A stretch of DNA of 36,178 nt. It comes from a virus. Its lineage: Duplodnaviria > Caudoviricetes. The stretch spans positions 1 to 36,178 of the IMG/VR virus record IMGVR_UViG_3300005805_000231; one strand, written 5' to 3'. How positions within the stretch are numbered: position 1 is the stretch's first letter; every line of letters starts with the position of its first letter. The notes under the pieces were generated by a model. The model was not told the origin of the DNA and did no database searches. It was given only the letters and a program-made list of their open reading frames with translations. Both the position numbers and the translations under genes were made by a program. Below are positions 7,386-14,387 of the stretch, in pieces.

Positions 7386-7847
7386 ATGGCACTCTTCAAC
7401 TTTGACGCAACGACAGTCGAACCGCAGAAACCGCGCGCGTATGGCCCGCTCCCCGCTGGCGATTACGAGATGATCGTTGCCCGCTCCGACATCAAGCCAA
7501 CCAACGCCGGCACAGGCCACTACATCGAACTCGAGATGCACGTCGTCAGCGGCGAGCACTCAGGCCGGCGCCTGTGGGAGCGGCTGAACGTGGACAACCC
7601 CAACAAGACCGCTGAGGACATCGCCAAGCAGGCGCTGTCGGCGTTGCAGATCGCGGTCAATGTTCCGAACATGAGAGACACCGAGGAACTGCACGACAAG
7701 CCTTTCATCGCGTCGGTCGCGATCGACCGCAAAGACCCTGAGCGCAACCGGATCATGGGCTACACGTCCGCGAGCGGTGCCGTGACCGCAAAGCCGGCAC
7801 CCGTCAAGGCTGTCCCGGCAGCCAAGGCAGCAGGACGGCCCTGGTAA
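7386..7847 (+). CDS. DUF669-like single-stranded DNA-binding protein
   Basis: LPAGDY, GRRLWERLN and C-terminal aromatic tail (RPW); canonical position after Sak4. Confidence 0.8.
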   Translation: MALFNFDATTVEPQKPRAYGPLPAGDYEMIVARSDIKPTNAGTGHYIELEMHVVSGEHSGRRLWERLNVDNPNKTAEDIAKQALSALQIAVNVPNMRDTEELHDKPFIASVAIDRKDPERNRIMGYTSASGAVTAKPAPVKAVPAAKAAGRPW

Positions 7848-7860
7848 TTGTCTCCCCTTT

Positions 7861-7893
7861 CCCGTCGCGTTCAACCGGCGCGGCGGGTTTTTT
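7861..7893 (+). terminator. Intrinsic terminator
   Basis: CCCGTCGCG/CGCGGCGGG stem followed by TTTTT. Confidence 0.7.
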
Positions 7894-7906
7894 ATACGAG
7901 GCAACG

Positions 7907-9085
7907 ATGGCACAAATCCCAGAATCCAAGCACACCACCGCACACGCAATCGTTCAATGGTACGAACGCAAACCGCAGGAACACCGCCCGCACATGGGCG
8001 CGTCCATCATCGGCCACCCCTGCTCACGCAATGTCTGGCTGACCTGGCGCTGGGCCATGAAGCCCACGTTTGAGGGCCGCGTGCTGCGCCTCTTTGACAC
8101 CGGCAAACGCGAAGAGCCACGCATCCTCGAGGAGTTGCGCGGCATCGGCGCCGAGGTCTGGGACACTGATCCCGCGACCGGCAACCAGTGGACCGTCAGC
8201 GCACACAATGGTCACTTTGGCGGCTCGCTTGACGGCGTCGCCAAGGGACTGCCCGAGGCACCCAAGACTGCCGCGGTGCTCGAGTTCAAGACGCACTCAT
8301 CCAAGTCGTTTGCTGACCTAGTCAAGAACAAGGTCGAGGCCAGCAAGCCGCAGCACTATGCGCAGATGCAGGTCTATATGGGCCTGATGGAGTTGACCCG
8401 CGCCCTGTACATCGCAGTCAACAAGGACACAGACGATCTGTATACCGAGTGGGTCGAGTTCAACAAGGAGGCATTCGACTCGCTGATGGTGCGGGCCAGC
8501 ATGCTGCTTGAGTCGCCCGTGCCACCGCAGCGCATCAGCGATGACCCGTCGCACTGGCAATGCAAGTGGTGCTCATTCTGGGCGCACTGCCACAACAACC
8601 AGGCCGCGGAGGCGAACTGCCGCACCTGTTCTCATTCGACGCCTGTTGCGAATAGCGAATGGCGGTGCGAGTTTCACCAGGGCAACCCGCCGCTGGACGC
8701 CCAGCGCAAGGGCTGCGGCGATCACCTAATGATTCCGGCACTGGCGCCCTACGGCGAGCCTGTCGATGGCGGCGAGGGCTGGGTCGCGTACAGGCACAGA
8801 GAGACTGGTGCCCTCTTCACCAACGGCGCGGAGTCGGTCAAGGACTACGGGCCGGTGTTCAGTTCCAAGGAACTGGAGCACTGCCCCGGCTCACTGCTCG
8901 AGGGGGCGGCAGAACTCAAGGCTGAGTTCCCCGGCGCCAAAGTGATCAGCGGCACGTTTGCGTCGTCGTTCGATGACCTGGCAACCCACCCTGACGACAT
9001 CCCGATTAAGGCTGACGCACCTAAGAAGAAGGAGGCACGCAAGAAAGTCAGCGACGCTCTCAAGGCGCTGGAGGAGCAGCAATGA
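7907..9085 (+). CDS. Cas4-like / PD-(D/E)XK exonuclease with Fe-S and Zn-finger cysteines
   Basis: S.IGHPC.R, GSLDG, LEFKT, YAQMQVYM, CKWC..C, NCRTC. Confidence 0.8.
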   Translation: MAQIPESKHTTAHAIVQWYERKPQEHRPHMGASIIGHPCSRNVWLTWRWAMKPTFEGRVLRLFDTGKREEPRILEELRGIGAEVWDTDPATGNQWTVSAHNGHFGGSLDGVAKGLPEAPKTAAVLEFKTHSSKSFADLVKNKVEASKPQHYAQMQVYMGLMELTRALYIAVNKDTDDLYTEWVEFNKEAFDSLMVRASMLLESPVPPQRISDDPSHWQCKWCSFWAHCHNNQAAEANCRTCSHSTPVANSEWRCEFHQGNPPLDAQRKGCGDHLMIPALAPYGEPVDGGEGWVAYRHRETGALFTNGAESVKDYGPVFSSKELEHCPGSLLEGAAELKAEFPGAKVISGTFASSFDDLATHPDDIPIKADAPKKKEARKKVSDALKALEEQQ

Positions 9086-9207
9086 GGCGCGGCCATGTGA
9101 TGTCTTTCGGCGCGGTCTTGTTCTGGTGGGCCGCCAGGGCCATTGGACTTGGCGTCGCGCTCAAGGTGCTGTACCTGCTGGTGAATTTTGGCTGGGGGTT
9201 GTTATGA
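9082..9207 (+). CDS. 41-aa hydrophobic microprotein
   Basis: Translated by hand (MRRGHVMSFGAVLFWWAARAIGLGVALKVLYLLVNFGWGLL). GGAGG RBS; ATGA overlaps at both ends. Confidence 0.6.
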   Translation: MRRGHVMSFGAVLFWWAARAIGLGVALKVLYLLVNFGWGLL

Positions 9208-9680
9208 GTTTCATCATCGGAGTCGATCCCGGCGCGTCAGGCGCCGTGGCAATCCTCGAGCGCGACGGGCAACTGGTGCATGTTTTTGAGATGCCGTCCG
9301 TCGAGTTGATTGTCAACAACAAGGCCAAGCGCCGGATCTCGCCTGAGATGCTGGCCGCGGACCTGAGACTGTACGCAGTCAAGGCAACGATCGCCTACGT
9401 TGAGCAAGTCAATGCGATGCCAAACCAAGGCGTGACCAGCATGTTCGCATTCGGCCAAGCATTCGGGATTGTGCAAGGCGTACTGGCTGGGCTGGCGATA
9501 CCGGCGCAACTGGTGCCACCGGGGAAGTGGAAGAAGTGGCACAACCTGTCGCCCAGCAAGGACGCCTCACGCGCCAAGGCCGCGGCGATCTGGCCTGATA
9601 TGGCCGGCGAGTTCCGGCGCGTGAAGGATGACGGCAAAGCAGAAGCAGCACTCATCGCACACTGGGGGTTACATGCCTAG
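9204..9680 (+). CDS. RuvC-like Holliday junction resolvase
   Basis: IIGVDPG..GA, YVEQV, F.FG..FG, P..WKK, DDG.AEA.LIA. Confidence 0.85.
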   Translation: MSFIIGVDPGASGAVAILERDGQLVHVFEMPSVELIVNNKAKRRISPEMLAADLRLYAVKATIAYVEQVNAMPNQGVTSMFAFGQAFGIVQGVLAGLAIPAQLVPPGKWKKWHNLSPSKDASRAKAAAIWPDMAGEFRRVKDDGKAEAALIAHWGLHA

Positions 9681-9831
9681 AGACTTCAAAGACTGGCGCG
9701 ATGCGTATGAGCATCAGGAGCGCCTTGAGGAAGAGATCAACCGGGCCATCCGCGAGCGCCAAGCGCGTAAGCACCCTGACCCGCTTGACCCTGAATATGA
9801 CGAAGAGTTCTGGGAAGAGGATGAAGCGTGA
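9673..9831 (+). CDS. Small acidic hypothetical protein, 52 aa
   Basis: Packed in the operon; very acidic C-terminus (EYDEEFWEEDEA). Confidence 0.6.
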   Translation: MPRDFKDWRDAYEHQERLEEEINRAIRERQARKHPDPLDPEYDEEFWEEDEA

Positions 9832-10013
9832 CCAATACGCAGCGGCGAATTTTTCACCGCCTGTCGGAGCTTAAAACTCCGCAGTCGGTTGCGATGTTGG
9901 CCGGGTATTTCTTTCTGTCACGCAGCGCGGTCTACAACGCACTGATCGACCTTGAAGAACTTAACCTGGTCGAGCATCTTGGATATGGCAAGGGTTGGAG
10001 GGTTTTGAGGTAA
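9828..10013 (+). CDS. Small winged-helix DNA-binding protein
   Basis: GAGG RBS; SVAMLAGYFFLSRSAVYNALIDLEELNLVE wHTH pattern. Possible regulator or recombination directionality factor. Confidence 0.65.
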   Translation: MTNTQRRIFHRLSELKTPQSVAMLAGYFFLSRSAVYNALIDLEELNLVEHLGYGKGWRVLR

Positions 10014-10183
10014 TGGCAAGCACAATCAAAGAAGCAATGACAGGGGAAATCGCCGCCACCGGTAAACGCTGGTGCTCGGCGTGTCAGATGACAAAACCCG
10101 TTGAAGGCGGCGTCAAGACGCCAAGGATGTGGCGCTGCAAACGATGCGTGGAAGTCCGCAAACAGGCAATGAGGAACAGATGA
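10013..10183 (+). CDS. Small zinc-finger protein
   Basis: Two CxxC motifs (CSAC, CKRC); GAGG RBS; TAATG overlap. Confidence 0.65.
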   Translation: MASTIKEAMTGEIAATGKRWCSACQMTKPVEGGVKTPRMWRCKRCVEVRKQAMRNR

Positions 10184-10359
10184 GCGAATCAGACAAGACT
10201 GAGTGCTGCGGAAACTGCGCATGGTCAGGGCCTCCGGCAAAGATTTGGGACATCATCATCCGGCGCTGTGAACTGGACGGCACTGGCCGGCCTGAGAAGT
10301 ATCGCTGCGACGAATGGGAGATTAGCCCCGCCAAGCGTGTTGACGTTTCCTCACGATGA
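10180..10359 (+). CDS. Small Cys-rich protein
   Basis: CCGNC...C...C..W pattern; GAGG RBS; ATGA overlap. Confidence 0.6.
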   Translation: MSESDKTECCGNCAWSGPPAKIWDIIIRRCELDGTGRPEKYRCDEWEISPAKRVDVSSR

Positions 10360-10394
10360 TGAGATGATGTCACCACCATGAACGGAGCACAACG

Positions 10395-11351
10395 ATGACG
10401 ATCAAGAAACGCGGTGGCAGCTACTGGATTGACGTGTGTATCAACGGCGTCAGGCACCGGGAGTCGCTCAAGACCTCTGACCCCAAGGCGGCCAAGGAGC
10501 TGCACGACATCCGGCGGGCTGAACTGTGGCGGGCGCGGGTGCTCAAGGAGCGGCCCAAGAAGAAGTTCTCAGACGCCACCAAACGCTGGCTCATCGAGCG
10601 CGCCCACAAGCGCAGCATCCGCGACGACCGCGACAAGATCCGCGTCCTTGAGCCGATCCTGGGCGACAAGCTGCTGACCGACCTTGACCGCGACACGATC
10701 GAGGCGTGCCTGCCGACCGACGTGAAGCCGGCTACCAGGAACCGTTACCGGGCGCTGGTCAGGGCCATCCTGCGCGCTGCCGAGCGCGAGTGGGACTGGA
10801 TCGTCAAGGCGCCGGCCCTGCGGGTTGAGGCCGAGCCGCGCCGGCGCGTCGCATTCCTGACACGCGAACAGGCCGAGGCACTGATCGCCGCGTTACCGGA
10901 AAAGTACCGTTGTCCAGTCCGTTTTGCATTGCTCACCGGGTTGAGAAAGTCGAACGCGCTGGGCCTGCGGTGGGAAAATGTGAACTTGGACAAGGGCATG
11001 GTGATCGTCCACGCTGACGAAGCCAAGGCCGGCGAGCGCATCCTTGTGCCGCTCAACAGTCAGGCCAAGGAGATGCTGGCGGCACTGCCAGGCGAGCGCC
11101 AAGGCTTTGTTTTCAAATGCCCGACGCGGGTGTCGCCGTCAGTCTGGAAGAAGGCTTGCACGGTCGCTGGCGTGCCTTGGCTGCGGTTCCATGACCTGCG
11201 CCACACCTGGGCCAGTTGGCACGCGATGGCCGGCACGCCGCTGTCAGTGCTTCAGGAACTGGGCGGCTGGCACTCGGCGTCGATGGTGCAAAAATATGCC
11301 CACCTGTCGCCTGAGCACCTGGCCGCGGCGGCCGAAAAAGTCCTCATTTGA
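10395..11351 (+). CDS. int: Tyrosine integrase
   Basis: Catalytic R (TGLR), K (EAKAG), HDLRH, LGGW and Y (QKYAH); N-terminal arm-binding region; adjacent to attP. Confidence 0.95.
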   Translation: MTIKKRGGSYWIDVCINGVRHRESLKTSDPKAAKELHDIRRAELWRARVLKERPKKKFSDATKRWLIERAHKRSIRDDRDKIRVLEPILGDKLLTDLDRDTIEACLPTDVKPATRNRYRALVRAILRAAEREWDWIVKAPALRVEAEPRRRVAFLTREQAEALIAALPEKYRCPVRFALLTGLRKSNALGLRWENVNLDKGMVIVHADEAKAGERILVPLNSQAKEMLAALPGERQGFVFKCPTRVSPSVWKKACTVAGVPWLRFHDLRHTWASWHAMAGTPLSVLQELGGWHSASMVQKYAHLSPEHLAAAAEKVLI

Positions 11352-11357
11352 GCGGAG

Positions 11358-11540
11358 TTTTTGGCACGTTTTTGGCACAAAATAGAGGCAGGCGCGCGTA
11401 AGTGTGGAGGCGGGAAGGAGAATCGAACTCCTGTACACGGATTTGCAGTGCTACAGCAGCAAAAATGTCTCGGAAAATCAACGACCGTCACATTAAGATT
11501 TCCCCGCCAGGCACAGAAAACGGCACAAAACTGGCACAGG
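11358..11540. repeat. Integrase arm-type binding sites flanking the attP core
   Basis: Two tandem TTTTTGGCAC repeats (11358-11382) and three tandem GGCACA repeats (about 11510-11540). Confidence 0.7.
11405..11449 (-). other. attP: attP core: 3' half of tRNA-Cys(GCA), not a complete tRNA
   Basis: Minus strand A-CTGCAAA-TCCGTGTAC-AGGAG-TTCGATT-CTCCT-TCCCGCC-T-CCA: anticodon loop, T-arm, acceptor 3' strand, U73 discriminator and CCA. The 5' half is absent. Confidence 0.85.
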
Positions 11541-11544
11541 GAAT

Positions 11545-12048
11545 CTACACCATCAGCGCCGCCTCAGCCTGCCGGCGCCTGACTAGCCCCGGCAGCACGC
11601 GCCCGCCGGCCTTAGTCCACAGCATGAACGCGGCGGCTGCGCCTTCCCAGTCCTCGCGCTGGACCCTCATTCGGACGCTCGAGCGTTGGAAGTTTCCGAG
11701 GCCGACGTTGTAGCTGAAAGAGACGCAAGCGTCGAATGGGCCTTGATGACCATCAAGAGCGGGAGCAAGTCGAAGAACACCACGCTCAAACACACCGACA
11801 TCAGCCTCGAATAGCGCATCGATCTCATCCTTGCTGAATACGCGGTTGTCCTCTGGGCGCAGCGGGTATTCCTTGCGGATCATCGGCGGCTGGCGCTCTG
11901 GCGATCGCGTGACCGGCAACCGGATCTGCGGCTGGTACAGGACGTGCCCGTACCCGATTGTCCAGATGTGAGCCGGGCACAGATAGGGCCGCTGCCGGTA
12001 TCCCTCGAACTGGTGCATAACTGAGGCACCAGCGGGCGACAGCTTCAT
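11545..12048 (-). CDS. Endolysin, GH24 (T4-like) lysozyme
   Basis: FEG...YLCPA.IWTIGYG (E-x8-C-x5-T), FSYNVG, W.KAGG..LPGLVRRR.AE. Start at the ATGA overlap with the upstream gene. Confidence 0.92.
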   Translation of the reverse strand: MKLSPAGASVMHQFEGYRQRPYLCPAHIWTIGYGHVLYQPQIRLPVTRSPERQPPMIRKEYPLRPEDNRVFSKDEIDALFEADVGVFERGVLRLAPALDGHQGPFDACVSFSYNVGLGNFQRSSVRMRVQREDWEGAAAAFMLWTKAGGRVLPGLVRRRQAEAALMV

Positions 12049-12545
12049 TTCTTCCAATTCCTGGAGCCAAACCAGAACCCAATGATGCCTCCCAGCATCG
12101 CCATCTCATCGTCAGAAAAAATGACCGTGGTGATGCTGATCAAGTCCTCGATGCTGCTCACTAGGTCCGGGTGCGCAAAGACGTAATAAGTCAACGCGAC
12201 GTTGATTGCAATGAGTTCAATGATCAGCAGGTACGTCACTGTCGGCCTGACAGTGCCGACATAGTTGGCGACCCAGCGACTTGCTCTCTCAAGCACCTTC
12301 TTGTCGTGATCAAGCGCCGCGACCGTCATCTTTGCATCGGTCTGCATCGCGACCTGATCTGTGCGGATCTCTTCCATCCGCGCCTGGGCAGCGAAACCCT
12401 TAGCAGCAAGCTCAAGCTCGCGCTCAGTCTGAATGCGCGCCAGGTCAAGTTCATGCCGCTTGTCTTGCTTGTCCTGGAAGAAGTCGAGCAGCTTTGGCAG
12501 TCCAGAAACCAGCAGACCGCCAAGCGTTGAAATCAATGACAACAT
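12045..12545 (-). CDS. Putative holin (3-TM type)
   Basis: N-terminal hydrophobic segment, VRPTVTY TM helix, C-terminal IIGFWFGSR; directly upstream of the endolysin. Confidence 0.65.
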   Translation of the reverse strand: MLSLISTLGGLLVSGLPKLLDFFQDKQDKRHELDLARIQTERELELAAKGFAAQARMEEIRTDQVAMQTDAKMTVAALDHDKKVLERASRWVANYVGTVRPTVTYLLIIELIAINVALTYYVFAHPDLVSSIEDLISITTVIFSDDEMAMLGGIIGFWFGSRNWKK

Positions 12546-12997
12546 CAGACTCTCCCCAACAAACGGACGCTGATCCAGGTTATGACTGCCGCGATTGCCG
12601 TGACAAGGATCGAAATCAGCGTGTACTGCGCGAACGTCTGAATCACTTTGATTCGCTCAATCCTTGCCTGAATCTCAGCGCGTCGTTTTGCTTCCCGGTT
12701 CCGTGCAGCCTTAGCCTGAAACGCCAGCCAATCTTCCCACATACCGGGGCGACCCGCGTAGATCATCTCTTCACGAAGGTGTTCTTCCTGTTGACGCAAC
12801 TGCTCTAGCGCCATGAACTCTTCAAGCTCGCTGCGGTTTGCTTTGCTGGATTTCTTATTGGCCTTTTTCTGAATCGCGGCTTTGGCGTCAAAATACTCAA
12901 AGACTGCTTTCCCGGCGTTCATGATTTCACCGGAATTTTTGATCGAAGCTTTGATGACCTGAAACGCTGCGTTAGCCGCCGCCAATTCCGCAAGCAT
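12545..12997 (-). CDS. Hypothetical coiled-coil protein with C-terminal TM helix (lysis region)
   Basis: 150-aa ORF; C-terminal hydrophobic helix; translationally coupled. Confidence 0.7.
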   Translation of the reverse strand: MLAELAAANAAFQVIKASIKNSGEIMNAGKAVFEYFDAKAAIQKKANKKSSKANRSELEEFMALEQLRQQEEHLREEMIYAGRPGMWEDWLAFQAKAARNREAKRRAEIQARIERIKVIQTFAQYTLISILVTAIAAVITWISVRLLGRV

Positions 12998-12998
12998 T

Positions 12999-13157
12999 TC
13001 AGACCTTCAGAACAAGCCCCAGCAGCAACAGGATGCTTGCACCGGCGGTCCCAATCAGGATTTTCTCAAGCCGCTTCAGGCGAGCGTTGATCCCAGCGTA
13101 CCGCTCGGCACAAACAGCTTCATGCACAGACAATTTTGTTTCGACGCTATTCACCAC
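12999..13157 (-). CDS. 52-aa coiled-coil/TM protein (lysis region)
   Basis: Translated by hand: (M)VNSVETKLSVHEAVCAERYAGINARLKRLEKILIGTAGASILLLLGLVLKV; GAGG RBS. Confidence 0.7.
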   Translation of the reverse strand: MVNSVETKLSVHEAVCAERYAGINARLKRLEKILIGTAGASILLLLGLVLKV

Positions 13158-13166
13158 AATTCATCC

Positions 13167-13670
13167 TCAAGGCGCATCAGGCCACGTTACATTCCAGGGG
13201 AACCCACCCTGCGCGGTAATGTCCCGCAACGCCTGACGGTAAGTCATCCATACTTGAGGAAGCTGAATCCCTAGACCGTCGTTGCTGGCGTCAATTGCTT
13301 TTAATGTCACCCAGTCGCACTCAGCCAGCTTTCGGTCACGCTCTGCGCGGACACTCTTGGCTTGCTCGGCGTCTTTCTGAGCTTTGTACGCGGCTTCCTG
13401 CTGTGCCGCTGTAGCTTCATCGTTATCTGTGAAGATCGGCCCAAGGACGTACTTTGTGTACCATTTGCCGTTGATTTGCTCGATCCCGGCAGCTTGGCTG
13501 TACTGATACTGATCCCCGCCGCTTGCTTGCGGACCTTCAAAGATCACATCAATGCCAAGAGCTTCACAAATTGACTCATCCCAAACACGGGGCAGCGAGG
13601 TGTTTGGGTGCAGTTTCCTGATGTCGCCTTGAGTTTTGACTTCACCAGTTGATCGGATGCGATAGTTCAT
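13167..13670 (-). CDS. Tail fibre assembly chaperone
   Basis: VRAERDRKLAECDW...W.TYRQALRDIT.Q.GFP..V.WP..P signature. Confidence 0.85.
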   Translation of the reverse strand: MNYRIRSTGEVKTQGDIRKLHPNTSLPRVWDESICEALGIDVIFEGPQASGGDQYQYSQAAGIEQINGKWYTKYVLGPIFTDNDEATAAQQEAAYKAQKDAEQAKSVRAERDRKLAECDWVTLKAIDASNDGLGIQLPQVWMTYRQALRDITAQGGFPWNVTWPDAP

Positions 13671-13679
13671 GTTGTTTCC

Positions 13680-14348
13680 TTACGCGATTGCCAAGTTGTT
13701 ACCGTAGCTAAAGCCAAACTTGTTGTGCCTTGCTCTCCACTCAATTGTGGGCTGTTTTATGCCCGTTGCTTCAGCAGCAGCTTTGGCAGTTACAAAATAT
13801 CCTTGCGGCGTTGTAACACCCATTGCCTTGTAGTGATTTGCACCGCCAATAGCCGCGCTTATCTTGGCCTTAACTTCCGGCCTGTGCATGGGATTTTTTT
13901 CGCCACGCGACCATTCATGCGGCTTTCCCATATGCGCTTTGGAAATTTTGTCGCGCACTTCTTGAGTCATTTCTTTTCCAAGATTTCCAGCCCTTACGTT
14001 TTCACGGCCAGTGCCAATAAACACGTTGCCGACTTCATAGGGACCAATATCACCGTTTCGGCACATACAAAATTTGTCTGCACCACGGCCACGCTGGTCC
14101 AGCTTGCCGGATTCAGTCCAAATGGATAACCATTGCTCAAATGAAAGCAAAAATGGTATGCCACGGGCCAAAGCATTTTGTTCTTGCATTTTGTATTTGT
14201 TTGTCAATGTTGTCCGGCGTTTCCCCGCAGCAGCGTTTCTTGCTGGCCTTTGGCATTCACGGCAAACCCGTCGATACAGTCCATTGTCCTTTCTAAATTC
14301 AAATGCCGATAGTTCTTTTTCTATTCCGCATGTTTTGCAAGTTTGCAT
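13680..14348 (-). CDS. Free-standing homing endonuclease (His-Me finger-like core, NUMOD3 repeats)
   Basis: N-terminal CxxC..CxxC; A..RGI.F.LSFEQW...M.R.GD.GPY...NV.I.T..EN; EVRDKISKAHMGK and GEKNPM..EVKAKIS motifs. Lower GC than neighbours. Confidence 0.7.
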   Translation of the reverse strand: MQTCKTCGIEKELSAFEFRKDNGLYRRVCRECQRPARNAAAGKRRTTLTNKYKMQEQNALARGIPFLLSFEQWLSIWTESGKLDQRGRGADKFCMCRNGDIGPYEVGNVFIGTGRENVRAGNLGKEMTQEVRDKISKAHMGKPHEWSRGEKNPMHRPEVKAKISAAIGGANHYKAMGVTTPQGYFVTAKAAAEATGIKQPTIEWRARHNKFGFSYGNNLAIA

Positions 14349-14374
14349 GGCAACTCCTTGTTAAGTTATTGCCA

Positions 14375-14383
14375 AGTATACCA
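14375..14383 (-). promoter_or_regulatory. Extended -10 promoter for the endonuclease gene
   Basis: Minus strand TG-G-TATACT upstream of an AAGGAG RBS. Confidence 0.5.
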
Positions 14384-14387
14384 TACT

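Noticed and set aside
7907-9085. Cas4-like nuclease as a sign of a CRISPR system
   Set aside because: No repeat-spacer array or other cas genes seen; its Sak4/SSB/RuvC context is a standard phage recombination module.
11405-11449. Functional tRNA-Cys gene
   Set aside because: The D-arm and 5' acceptor strand are missing; it is an attP core.
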